From contig CAXSEA010000001.1 of assembly GCA_964235675.1 (NCBI GenBank), positions 1 to 50,669 of the forward strand: a stretch of 50,669 nt of DNA, in the 5' to 3' direction. The notes beneath the pieces were generated by a model, which saw only the letters and a list, made by a program, of their open reading frames with translations, had not been told where the DNA came from and ran no database searches. Origin of the DNA: an uncultured Armatimonadales bacterium (GTDB taxonomy: Bacteria > Armatimonadota > Armatimonadia > Armatimonadales > Capsulimonadaceae). This document shows positions 20,411-30,092 of this stretch, piece after piece (positions within the stretch are counted from its first letter, which is position 1; each line of letters opens with the position of its first letter). The translations under genes and the position numbers were made by a program.

Positions 20411-21706
20411 ATGCAGCCACAGCTTCTGCCATCTATCCATGCTCCATCGCTTGACTCGCCGGAATTGCGCGAGCCGGACAGCGTCGCGGAAATCCAGCGG
20501 ATCGTGCGCGATGCCATTGCAGAAAAGCGCCCCATCGAGCCTTTCGGCGGCGGCACGCAACTCCATGTCGGGTATGCCTCCGACTTGCCGCTGACGCCTA
20601 TTTCCCTGCGGCGTCTGATCTCGGTGATCGAGTACAACCCCGCCGATTTGGTCGTGGTCGCGGAAGCGGGCATGACGCTGCTTTCGCTGCAAGCCATTCT
20701 CGCGGAGTATGGTCAGACGCTGCCGCTGGAAGTGGCTTTTCCCGAAACGCAAACGCTTGGCGGAATCGTGGCGACTCGCGCCGGCAGCCTAACCCGCGCG
20801 GGCAGCGGGGCGGTGCGCGACTGGCTGATCGGCTGCAACGCTGTCGGCGGCGACGGGCAGGTGATTGTTGGCGGGGGCAAGGTGGTCAAAAATGTCGCCG
20901 GATATGATCTTCCGAAGCTCTACTGCGGCTCTTGGGGCACGCTTGGCGTTCTTACTCAAGTCGCTTTCAAGCTTGCGCCGCTGCCCGCCAGCCGGAAAAC
21001 GCTGCTGGTGATGCTGAGCGCGGAGCGCAATTCCGAGGAAGCGTTGGACGCTCTGGCGCAGTCAGCGCCTCCTGTGGCGTTTGCTTATCTCCTGAACGCT
21101 CAGGCTGCGGGCGCTTTGCTTGGGCCTGACTCGCCGCCCGCGCAATACTTGGTTGTGGGCATCGATGGCCTTCCCGAACCCGTGGCGGCAATCGCTCGCC
21201 GGGTGGAGGCCGCGCTTGCGCCGTTCTCGTTGAACGCGATGGATTTACCGGATTCGGTGGCTGCGCGCCTACGCTCCGCGCTGCGCGATCTGCCCGCCCG
21301 GCAGCACGGAGAGTTGACCGTGCGCTGCAACATTTTGCCGTCGCAGGTGGGAGCGTTCGCGCGGATGCTGGAATGGACGGCGCGTCGGTACGGATTTGCG
21401 GCTGAGACGATTGCCGATGCGATAGTGGGAATCGTTTGGGCTCATCTTTCTCCAAACGCTTCGGATAAAGATAAAGACGAGTTGGCATTGGACGCGCGGT
21501 GGATGCGCTTATATCCCGATTTGCGCGATAAAATCGACAGGGTGGGCGGCAGCAGCGTTCTCGAGCGCATGCCGGACGTTTGGCGCAGGGCCGGCACTGC
21601 CGTCTGGTCGCCCGTACTGGCCGTGGCTGCTTATATGCGGCGGTTGAAAGCCGTGTTCGACCCGCACGGCGTGTTCCGCCCTGGGCGGTTCTTCAATCAT
21701 ATCTAA
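20411..21706 (+). CDS. FAD-binding PCMH-type oxidoreductase (GlcE-like)
   Basis: Contains 'GGGTQL', 'GGIVATRAGS' and 'VVKNVAGYDLPKLYCGSWGTLGV' FAD-linked oxidase motifs. The start is ambiguous (TTG 20372 or ATG 20411). Confidence 0.75.
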   Translation: MQPQLLPSIHAPSLDSPELREPDSVAEIQRIVRDAIAEKRPIEPFGGGTQLHVGYASDLPLTPISLRRLISVIEYNPADLVVVAEAGMTLLSLQAILAEYGQTLPLEVAFPETQTLGGIVATRAGSLTRAGSGAVRDWLIGCNAVGGDGQVIVGGGKVVKNVAGYDLPKLYCGSWGTLGVLTQVAFKLAPLPASRKTLLVMLSAERNSEEALDALAQSAPPVAFAYLLNAQAAGALLGPDSPPAQYLVVGIDGLPEPVAAIARRVEAALAPFSLNAMDLPDSVAARLRSALRDLPARQHGELTVRCNILPSQVGAFARMLEWTARRYGFAAETIADAIVGIVWAHLSPNASDKDKDELALDARWMRLYPDLRDKIDRVGGSSVLERMPDVWRRAGTAVWSPVLAVAAYMRRLKAVFDPHGVFRPGRFFNHI

Positions 21707-21748
21707 GGCCGAATTCTTGGAGCGCGTCGCTGCCGACGCTGTTGCCCT

Positions 21749-22543
21749 ATGAGCCATTCCCCGCGCCATGTCACGATCCTGCACACCAACGATTTCCACA
21801 ATCACCTGAGTTCGGCTCAGGCCGACGTGCTGAAGCGCGCGAAGGAAGCGGCTGGGCCGAATACGCTGCTGCTGGACGCAGGCGACGCGATCTCGGCGGG
21901 GAATGTCGGGGTGCGTCCCGGCGGCGAGCCGATACTGACGCTGATGAGCGACGCCGGGTACGACGCCATGACGCTGGGCAATCGGGAGACGCATCTTTCC
22001 GAGGCGATCCTTCGGCATAAGATCGGCAACGCGCGGTTTCCTCTTCTGAGCGCGAACATGCGGTTCAAAAGCGAAAAGCCCGAGGCGGAGATGGTGAACT
22101 GGCCGGTTCAAGCGCATATAGTGAGAACGCTGCCGAACGGCGTGCGTGTCGGGGTGTTCGGCGTGACGGTGCCGATGGTGACCGAGCGCATGGCGGCGCG
22201 CCATGTCAGCGCGTTTTTGTTTGACGAGCCGTTGGCTACGGCGCGGGCCGAGGCCGTATCGCTTAGGCCGAATGTGGATGTTTTGATCGCGCTGACGCAT
22301 ATCGGCATTCGAGCCGACGAGCAGCTGGCCGTGTCGTGCCCTGAGATCGACCTGCTGATTACGGGGCACACGCACCTGACTGTCCGCCACGGCGACAAGG
22401 CAGGCGGCGCTCCGATTGTGCAGGCAGCCTGGTTCGGGCATTATTACGGGCGCATCAAGTTCGATGTCCCGGACACGACCGGCGAGCGAGCGCGGATTAC
22501 GGATTCGGAAATACTCGATCTGGTCGGCGGAAAACCCGTATGA
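21749..22543 (+). CDS. calcineurin-like metallophosphoesterase (5'-nucleotidase/UshA N-terminal domain only, no signal peptide)
   Basis: Contains 'ILHTNDFHNHL', 'LLLDAGDA' and 'TLGNRETH' metal-ligand motifs. The stop overlaps the next start (ATGA). Confidence 0.8.
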   Translation: MSHSPRHVTILHTNDFHNHLSSAQADVLKRAKEAAGPNTLLLDAGDAISAGNVGVRPGGEPILTLMSDAGYDAMTLGNRETHLSEAILRHKIGNARFPLLSANMRFKSEKPEAEMVNWPVQAHIVRTLPNGVRVGVFGVTVPMVTERMAARHVSAFLFDEPLATARAEAVSLRPNVDVLIALTHIGIRADEQLAVSCPEIDLLITGHTHLTVRHGDKAGGAPIVQAAWFGHYYGRIKFDVPDTTGERARITDSEILDLVGGKPV

Positions 22544-24453
22544 GCGTGATGAACCCCGCCGCCGCATTGCTGGCGCTGCCTCTGGTTTGGATTGCCGTTG
22601 CCGCCGGACGGCAAATTAATAGCTGGATCGCGTCTAGGCGCAGTCGCGCGGGAATTGGCGGCGCAGCGGTGTTTTCGGCGGCGGAGTGGTCGGCGTTTGG
22701 GCTGGCGACAGGTTATGTCGCGCTGGCGCTTGGCGTATTGCTTCTGGGCGTCGGCAGGCTGCTGAGTCCACTGCCTGTAGCCGGATGGTGTATCGCGCTG
22801 GCTCTCGTCGGGGCGCGTGAGCATTTGGTCATGGCCGATGAGATTCGCGTTGCGTTGAAAAGCGCCAAGCTCACGGCGTTCGGGGTGTTTCTCGCGCTGG
22901 TTGCCGTGGCCGCGCTCGGCGGGTGCTTCGTGCCGCCGAATACGACGGAGTGGGACAGCTTGTCCTACCATCTGGCCGACCCAAAGCTTTATATTCTCGC
23001 GCATCGCATTTACTACATTCCTTGGGAGTCGCACTCCAATTTCGCGTTCAACATGGAGATGCTGTATTGCATCGGCCTGCTGGCGCACAGTGTCGCGCTT
23101 GCCAAGCTGCTGAACTTCGCGCTGGGGATCGCGGGGGCTTGCGGCGTGTTTTATCTGTCGCGCCGCGTGGTGGGCGAGAAAGCGGCAGCACTGGCTCTGG
23201 TGATCTATGTGACGCTGCCGCTCGTTTTCTGGGAAGCGGGAACGGCTTATGTGGATCTCGCGGCGACGAGCTATGCCGCTCTGGGGCTGCTGGCGCTGGC
23301 GGCTTACGCGCCATCGGGCGAGCGGCGGCTCGCGTGGCTGGCGGGCGCGCTGCTCGGCGGGATGCTCGGAATTAAGGCGACAGCCGCGGTGACCATCGCG
23401 CTGTACGCGATTGGGATCGTCGTCTACGCGAAGCTCGGCAATAAAAGCGTCGGGGCGGCAACGCGCGATGCGGCGGGGATGGTGGCCGTGGCCGTGCTGG
23501 TCGGCTGCGCCTGGTATGTGAAGTCGGCGGCTTATACGGGCAATCCGGTGTATCCGTTCGCTTACTCGATCTTCGGCGGGCGCAACTGGGCGGCGGCGCT
23601 GACCGGGCCGTATGCCGCCGACCAGCATAGCTTCGGGGTGGGGCACGGACCGAGCGATCTGCTGCTGGCACCGTGGAACCTGACGATGTACCTGCTGCCG
23701 AACCACACGCCTCCGGCGCAGTTCGCCAAGCCGTTCAACGATTACCAGACGCCGCTTGCCAGCTTGTCGCCGCTGTTCGTCTTCTGCGGCCTCGCGGCGC
23801 TGATGCTGCCGCTTCGTCCCAGGCTGGGCGTGCGGCTGCTTTGGAGCTACACGGCGGCGGCGATGGTCGTGTGGTTTTTGATGACCCAGCAGGTGCGGTA
23901 CTTTTTGCCGGTCACGCCGGTTCTCTGCTTGCTCAGCGGATGGACGATTACCAGCCTGTCCGGCTTCTCGCCGGTGGCACGGACAGCGGCGTGGGTGGGC
24001 GGTATCGGCGCAATCGCGTTCAATGCGCGGTTCCTGGTTTTGTTTTCGTCTCTGCTGTGGCAGGTCGCCGGTAGCAAGGAATATCAGCAGGAGTATTTGG
24101 AGCACGGTTTAAGCTCCTATTCGGCGATGGAGTTTCTCAACGGCAACACTCCTCCGGACGCGAAGGTGATTAGCTATGGGGAGCCGCTGACGTTTTATTT
24201 GGAGCGGGGGCATCTTTGGGGCGATCCGGGGCATAGCACGGTAGTGCCGTACGCGCGGCTACAGACGACGGCGGCTCTCCGCGCCTGGCTGCTGGCCCGT
24301 GGCTATGATTACGTGCTGATTAATCTCAGCTACGCGCCGGTGACCGCCGGGCCGGGGTGGGCGGGGATGGTTTATGGGCTGACTGTGGGCTCGGGCGAGT
24401 CGCCCGTGTTCATCGATGGAGGAACTCAGGTTTATGCCATCGCGCCCCATTGA
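22540..24453 (+). CDS. polytopic membrane protein, GT-C-fold glycosyltransferase-like (PMT/ArnT, COG1807-like) with C-terminal soluble domain
   Basis: 637 aa with many hydrophobic helices. An acidic first-loop motif 'TEWDSLSYHLADPKLY' is followed by the Trp/Tyr-rich loops typical of GT39/GT83-like enzymes. The family call is an inference. Confidence 0.6.
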   Translation: MSVMNPAAALLALPLVWIAVAAGRQINSWIASRRSRAGIGGAAVFSAAEWSAFGLATGYVALALGVLLLGVGRLLSPLPVAGWCIALALVGAREHLVMADEIRVALKSAKLTAFGVFLALVAVAALGGCFVPPNTTEWDSLSYHLADPKLYILAHRIYYIPWESHSNFAFNMEMLYCIGLLAHSVALAKLLNFALGIAGACGVFYLSRRVVGEKAAALALVIYVTLPLVFWEAGTAYVDLAATSYAALGLLALAAYAPSGERRLAWLAGALLGGMLGIKATAAVTIALYAIGIVVYAKLGNKSVGAATRDAAGMVAVAVLVGCAWYVKSAAYTGNPVYPFAYSIFGGRNWAAALTGPYAADQHSFGVGHGPSDLLLAPWNLTMYLLPNHTPPAQFAKPFNDYQTPLASLSPLFVFCGLAALMLPLRPRLGVRLLWSYTAAAMVVWFLMTQQVRYFLPVTPVLCLLSGWTITSLSGFSPVARTAAWVGGIGAIAFNARFLVLFSSLLWQVAGSKEYQQEYLEHGLSSYSAMEFLNGNTPPDAKVISYGEPLTFYLERGHLWGDPGHSTVVPYARLQTTAALRAWLLARGYDYVLINLSYAPVTAGPGWAGMVYGLTVGSGESPVFIDGGTQVYAIAPH

Positions 24454-25804
24454 AAGCCCCAATCAGCCGCTCGACGCCCAAGAGGCTGCTCAAGCCCGCT
24501 CGCGGCCATGGTTCCTGCTTGGCTTGATTGTCGTTTACCTGCTGCTGGCGATCTCCTACAACAAGCTGGTGCCGTTCGAGAACGGAGCCGCCGCCGCGGC
24601 GGCGATCCAGCGGCACCAGTTACCGGTGAACCCGGATGAGGCCGCGCATGTGGCGAACGGATACGTTTACAAAGCCGGTCGCATTCCAGTGTTCCAAGCC
24701 GCCTCTCCAGATTTTGAGGCGCATCAGCCGCCGCTCTACTACGCGTTGATCGCGCCGCTGCTGATGCCTCAAGAAAGCGGCGCCGGCGAGCCCGCTTCGG
24801 GAGCGCGGTGGCTCTCGATTTTGATTGGCGCGGCGCTGATTGGTTTTGTCTGGCTCGCGGCGCGGGAGATTTTCCCGGACAACTGGATAATGGCAGATAC
24901 GATGGCTTGTATCTGCCTGCTGCCGACTAACGTGAACGTGTGCGCCTCGATCAGCAACGACGTGCTGACGAATGCCGTCGTGGCGGCAGCCGTGTGGCAA
25001 CTGGCGCGGGTGATCCGGCTTGCGGGCGAGTCAAAGGTTATTGCGCCGCAATCCTTGCTGCTGGGCTGTATCATGGCGGCGGGGATCTATACGAAGACTT
25101 CCACGCTGGTTCTCTTTCCGGCGGTGATTGTCGCGGGGTGGCTGCTCGCTCGTCGGGGAATTACCAGCGGGCGAGTCGCCGTACAGATAGTTGGGATTAG
25201 CTGCCTGACCGCGCTGGCTTTGGCATCGCCGTGGCTAATTCGCAACACACGGCTTTACGGCGATCCTCTGGCGCAGCATATCTTTAACGCGGCGTTCTCC
25301 GGCACGACGGCGACCATGACGCAGATGCTGACGCATGTGCCGCCGTCGTTCTACGTCGCCTGGGTGGCGAGCTGGACATTTGCCTCGTTTTGGGCCGTGT
25401 TCGACGGCATGCGCTTGTTTCTGCCGAACAGCGTCTATTATTTATTGGCCACGCTGATGATCGCGCAGTGTATCGGCGCGGGACGGTGGATGCGCCGGAC
25501 GACGCTTTCGCCTTATCAGGGCGTGGCGCTGGCGAGTATCGCCACGGTGGCATTGATGACTTTGCTGGCGTTTGCGCGATTCAACACGGCGTTTTTTCAG
25601 GCGCAAGGACGCTATTTATATCCGGGGCTGGAATTTTTCGGCTTCGTGCTGGCGGCTGGAACGCTTGGCTGGATGAGGCGTTCCGGTAGTGAGGAGCAAT
25701 CATTCGTATGCCGATGGCTTCCCTACGCGACCGCTATCGCGCTCTTGATTTTGAACGGCTTGAGCATTTACACTCTGCATTACGCTTTTCCATCCGTGGG
25801 ATAG
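24416..25804 (+). CDS. polytopic membrane protein, GT-C-fold glycosyltransferase-like (PMT_2/DUF2142-like)
   Basis: 462 aa. The first periplasmic loop carries 'NPDEAAHVANGYVY...FEAHQPPLYYALIAPL', which matches the DE..H / PPLYY signature of ArnT/PMT-like GT-C enzymes. Overlaps the preceding gene by 38 nt. Confidence 0.65.
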   Translation: MEELRFMPSRPIESPNQPLDAQEAAQARSRPWFLLGLIVVYLLLAISYNKLVPFENGAAAAAAIQRHQLPVNPDEAAHVANGYVYKAGRIPVFQAASPDFEAHQPPLYYALIAPLLMPQESGAGEPASGARWLSILIGAALIGFVWLAAREIFPDNWIMADTMACICLLPTNVNVCASISNDVLTNAVVAAAVWQLARVIRLAGESKVIAPQSLLLGCIMAAGIYTKTSTLVLFPAVIVAGWLLARRGITSGRVAVQIVGISCLTALALASPWLIRNTRLYGDPLAQHIFNAAFSGTTATMTQMLTHVPPSFYVAWVASWTFASFWAVFDGMRLFLPNSVYYLLATLMIAQCIGAGRWMRRTTLSPYQGVALASIATVALMTLLAFARFNTAFFQAQGRYLYPGLEFFGFVLAAGTLGWMRRSGSEEQSFVCRWLPYATAIALLILNGLSIYTLHYAFPSVG

Positions 25805-25865
25805 CGGCTCAGGGGCAGCCGGCGCGGCCGGGTAGAGTTTACGGCAAACGGAAGAGCGGTGCAGC

Positions 25866-26555
25866 TTGAAAGTTTCCATACTGATACCAGCCTATAACGA
25901 GGAAGACACAATCGAGCGCTCGCTCCAGGGCGTGCTTGCGGTCGATTTCGCACCGCTGGAGCGGGAGATAATCGTCATCGACGATGCCTCGACCGACCGG
26001 ACGCGCGATATCGTTTCGAGCTTTGGATCGTGCGTGCGCCTGATACCGCATGAGCGTAATCTTGGCAAGGGCGCGGCGATTCGGACGGCGCTTGTGGAAG
26101 CCGATGGCGAAATTATCGCTATCCATGACGCCGATCTGGAATATGATCCCGCCGATCTTCCGGCGCTGCTTGCGCCAATCGCGCGCGGTGAGGCGGATGC
26201 GGTGTACGGCAGCCGGTTTCTGGACGGCGCGGTTCCGATGGGCATGAAGCCGCAGAATCTACTCGCGAACAAGCTGCTGGCTGTTTCGGCGAATCTGCTG
26301 TACCACGGGCATCTCACCGATGAGGCGACGTGCTACAAGGCTGTGCGCGCCGACCTTTTGCGCGGCATGAATCTGCGCTGCGAGCGGTTCGAGTTTTGCC
26401 CCGAGGTGACCGCCAAGCTGCTCCGGCGGCGTAATCAGATCGTCGAGGTGCCGGTGCGCTACAAAGCCCGCAGCGTGGCGGAAGGCAAAAAGATTCACTG
26501 GTACGACGGCTTGGAAGCGATTTGGACCCTGATTCGCTACCGATTCACGCCGTAG
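25866..26555 (+). CDS. family 2 glycosyltransferase, polyprenyl-phosphate sugar synthase type (DPM1/Ppm1/ArnC/GtrB-like)
   Basis: Contains 'VSILIPAYNEE', 'IVIDDASTD', 'NLGKGAAIR', 'HDADLEYDP' and 'YGSRF' motifs. 229 aa with no TM tail. TTG start. Confidence 0.85.
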   Translation: MKVSILIPAYNEEDTIERSLQGVLAVDFAPLEREIIVIDDASTDRTRDIVSSFGSCVRLIPHERNLGKGAAIRTALVEADGEIIAIHDADLEYDPADLPALLAPIARGEADAVYGSRFLDGAVPMGMKPQNLLANKLLAVSANLLYHGHLTDEATCYKAVRADLLRGMNLRCERFEFCPEVTAKLLRRRNQIVEVPVRYKARSVAEGKKIHWYDGLEAIWTLIRYRFTP

Positions 26556-26658
26556 GGCTTTGTCGTATTTGACGACACGCGCAGGGTAGACAAATAAAAA
26601 TAAGCGGGGTAAACTTCCGTCGCAAACAGCGCACAAGCTTTGTTTGCGCTTTAGGCTT

Positions 26659-26734
<76 letters not shown>

Positions 26735-26744
26735 AACTTGTATG

Positions 26745-26781
26745 AAACGCCTCCGAGTTATTATCTTGGAGGCGTTTTTGC
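26745..26781. terminator. hairpin terminator after tRNA-Lys (also lies just downstream of convergent galM)
   Basis: 10-bp stem aaacgcctcc / ggaggcgttt (26745-26754 / 26768-26777). The T-run on the plus strand extends to 26779. Confidence 0.7.
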
Positions 26782-26797
26782 GTTGCGGCAGTTCAAA

Positions 26798-27943
26798 CTA
26801 GGGCAGAAGTCCGAAGTTGTAGACCGTGTGCTGAGTGTAAGTTTGGCCGGACTTTAGCTCGGTGGTCGGGAAGCTCGGCTGGTTGGGCGAGTCGGGGAAA
26901 TGCTGCGCCTCGAAGACGAAGGCGGCATGCTTTTGGTAGACCGCGCCGCTTTTACCGGTGAGTGTGCCGTCGAGGAAGTTGCCGCTGTAGAACTGGAGGC
27001 CGGGCTGATCGGTGTAGACGGTGATTGTCCTGCCGGAGACGCTGGAGGAGAATTCAGCCGCTTTTGTCAGGCCGTGGCGGGATTTGTTCAGCACCCAGTT
27101 ATGGTCATAGCCCATGCCGGCGGCGAGTTGGGCGTTGGCGTCATTGATATGGGCACCGATTTCGGTGGGCGCTCGAAAGTCGAACGGGGTTCCGGCGACC
27201 AGAGCCAGCTCGCCGGTGGGAATTTGGGTGGCGTCGGTCGGGGTGAATTTGTCGGCGTTGATGTACGCGGCCTGGTTCAAAATGGAGCCGCTGGCTTGCC
27301 CGTTGAGGTTCCAGTAGACGTGGCTGCTGAGATTCACGACCGTATCTTGATCGGTGGTTGCTTTGTAGTCGAGGGAAAGGGTGTTGTCGGCGGCGAGGGT
27401 GTAGGTGACGTCCACGCTCAGGTTGCCGGGATAATTCTCTTCTCCGTCTTTGCTAAGATAGTGCAGGCGGAGGCCGACCGCGCCGTTCGGCTCGCTTGGC
27501 AGAGGGGTCGCGGACCAGACGACCTTGTCGAAGCCGACTTTGCCGCCGTGCAGGCTGTTGACGCCGTTATTGATGGCCAGCTGGTGAGTTTTGCCGTCGA
27601 GGGTGAAGCGTCCCCTGGCGATGCGGTTGGCGTAGCGTCCGACAATTGCGCCGAAGTAGGGACTGTTCGCTACATACTGATCCAGCGTATCGTAGCCGAG
27701 GACGATGTCGCCCAGCTTGCCGGTCTTGTCGGGCACGAGCAACGACTGGACGATGCCGCCGTAGTTCATGATGCTGACCTGCATTCCCTTGGGATTGGTG
27801 AGCGTGTAGAGAGTCACTGCCTGGCCGTCCGGCGCGGTGCCGAACGGCTTCTGCGTGATTGTGCCGCTTGCGGCCTGGGCCATTCCGCCGATATATGCGA
27901 GCATTGCCGCACCGGCCATGGCGACGGCTAGAATACGTATCAT
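26798..27943 (-). CDS. galM: aldose 1-epimerase (galactose mutarotase), secreted
   Basis: Signal peptide 'MIRILAVAMAGAAMLAYIGGMAQA'. Contains 'GRYANRIA.GRFTLDGK', 'NNG.NSLHGG' and 'FEAQHFPDSPN' motifs. ATG at 27943 sits 7 nt after AAGGAG. Confidence 0.9.
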   Translation of the reverse strand: MIRILAVAMAGAAMLAYIGGMAQAASGTITQKPFGTAPDGQAVTLYTLTNPKGMQVSIMNYGGIVQSLLVPDKTGKLGDIVLGYDTLDQYVANSPYFGAIVGRYANRIARGRFTLDGKTHQLAINNGVNSLHGGKVGFDKVVWSATPLPSEPNGAVGLRLHYLSKDGEENYPGNLSVDVTYTLAADNTLSLDYKATTDQDTVVNLSSHVYWNLNGQASGSILNQAAYINADKFTPTDATQIPTGELALVAGTPFDFRAPTEIGAHINDANAQLAAGMGYDHNWVLNKSRHGLTKAAEFSSSVSGRTITVYTDQPGLQFYSGNFLDGTLTGKSGAVYQKHAAFVFEAQHFPDSPNQPSFPTTELKSGQTYTQHTVYNFGLLP

Positions 27944-27971
27944 GAGTAAACTCCTTTTGGTGTCAACAAAA

Positions 27972-30074
27972 TTATGCGCTGTGACTAGGCAGTGGAATGC
28001 CGGATTGCGGCGGCACCCATGAGTGAGCGTCGGCAACGTCGTCGACCACGGGAAAGCTGGTGATTCTCAGACGCGCCGCGCCCATTGGGACGAGTGTGAT
28101 CGTTTCTTCGGGCAGCTCGCTTTTGACGGGGCTGGGTGGCAGCGATCCGACGACGTCATGCGTGTCGGCTTGCCATTCCGGGATGCGTCGCGCCTTGGTA
28201 GTCAGTGAAACGGGAATCGTTTCGAGCGTCCATGGATCGTTGAAATTTGCGTCTGCATTCTCGGTAACCGAAAAGTTTTCCGGCGCGCTTTCGAGCGCTA
28301 ATCCGTAGTTCCAGGGAGAAGCGGCATGAACTTCGTATTCCGGCCACTGCGCCGTGCCGCCGGATTGCCGCCATTGCTCTTTAATCGCCAGCGAGTAGGC
28401 GAGCGGCCCACAATGCACGGATACGCTGTTTTGGTTCGTCGGCCAATGCTTCAGCGCGGCGCGCATCGGCAGGTGCAGCGTGACTCTGTCGCCGGATAGC
28501 CAGAGCCGGTGAATGATTGCATAGGTGCCTGCGTCCGGCGTTTGCTCGTGCGGTTTACCGTTTATCTCTATTTTCGCCTGCCGGCACCATCCAGGAATGC
28601 GCAGCGCGAGCGGGAAGGCGACGGCACGGTTGTTCTCGGAGGTGAAGGTGAACTGAATTGTGTCGCCGAACGGGTAGCGCGTCGCTTGGGCGAGCCGAAT
28701 CCAATCGCGATCAGCGCCTACCTGGGCGCGCACTTCCGATGCGCCATAGAGTGATGCGCAAAGGCCGCCATCCGCTGTCGCCAGCCACATCTCTTCGGCG
28801 TAGTAGGGCCAGCCCATGCCATAGTTGTGGGGGCAGCAGCGGTAGTTGCGCACGCCGGGCATGTAGGCTTGCATCGGCCACGGGTTGTCAAAGTCGGAGC
28901 CTTTCGGGTCGTTGCCGAGGCTGATGGAGTTTGCGCTGGTGATATAGTGCACTCCTTTTTGGCGCGTATCGAGCGCGGCGGGGAGGGAATTGAAAGCAAG
29001 CTCCTCGCAGCGGTCGGCCCAGACGGCGTCGCCGGTGATGCGGGACAGCATCTCGAAGCTGTGCATAAACTCGACGATGCCGCACGTTTCAAAACCCTGA
29101 CGCGGGTCGATGTAGCCGGGGCGGAAGTTCTCGTCTCACGCGAAGCCGCCGCCGGAGAATTGTCCGTACTCGGCCATGACTTGGTCGTAGTTGCGGTCAG
29201 CCGAGTGCCAATGCTCCGGCAGATGGGACTGCTGCCAGTATTGCGCGCCTTCGCGAAAACCCTGGGCAAAATTGACGTTGTGGTACGAAGCAATGCCGTC
29301 TGTCCAGCGGGCGGAGTGGTCGTGGATTTTAGCGGTCAGGTCGAGCAGCCAGGACGCCCCAGTGCGGTTGTAGAGCCAGTGGAGGGTATCGATATTGTCG
29401 CCCCAGCGAAAGCCCGCCCAGCTTTTGCCGAACTGCTCGCCGGGTACTTTGGCCTGAAAACCGGCGTATCGAATGAGAAAGCCGATGACTCGCTCGTCGG
29501 CGGAATACTCGTAGTGGGAGCGGAGCGCGTCCTGCACCGGCATGTGGGGCCACATGTCCGGGCCGCCGTCCAACGACGTTCGGAGATTGTCGGGGCCGAA
29601 CCATCCGTCGGGCTGCTGCGAGGCGATAATGCCGTCGATCCACTTTTGCGTGAGCGCTTTTACTCGCGCGTTGCCGGTGACATAGCCTAAATCGCCGTAG
29701 CCGCGCAGCCAGTAGGGCAGCTCTTCCCAGCCGACATGCGAGCCGGGCGTGACCCAGCCGTTGCCATCATAATTCAAATAATCCGAGACTTCGGGCATGC
29801 GGCCGTTGAGGCCGTCCAGCTGCAGCTCGAGCTGCCGGAGGAGCCATCCCTTTGGCTGAACGCTTCCGAGCGGCAGCTTGAGAAAGGGCGCGGGGCGCAG
29901 AGGGTGTTTGTTCTGGACCGGCCCTGATGGTCGTGATACCTCTGATGCAGGCGATTTGCCGCCGTTGCCGGCGGACGGCACCGAGGCAGCGTTGCTCGGT
30001 CCGGCAATATAGGACGCCGCCAGGAGACCGCCGGTGGCCTGTAGGCTTCGTTTGATAAAATCGCGCCGTTTCAT
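27972..30074 (-). pseudogene. GH127-like (DUF1680, beta-L-arabinofuranosidase family) gene with Tat-type signal, interrupted by one in-frame TGA at 29136-29138
   Basis: ORFs 29136..30074 and 27972..29066 are in the same frame. Reading through the TGA gives '...EYGQFSGGGFA*DENFRPGYIDPRQGFETCGIVEFMHSFEML...'. This is a contiguous 700-codon frame containing the family 'ETC' zinc-ligand motif. The N-terminus 'MKRRDFIKRSL' is a twin-arginine signal. Confidence 0.8.
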
Positions 30075-30092
30075 GCTGGTGCTCCGAAACCG

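Noticed and set aside
29067-29138. Selenocysteine (SECIS-directed) decoding of the in-frame TGA in the GH127-like gene.
   Set aside because: I could not find a convincing stem-loop at the expected distance downstream of the TGA. There are only weak, interrupted pairings about 30 nt away. No Sec machinery is visible in the window, and no precedent for this is known to me. It is kept only as a remote alternative within the TGA finding.
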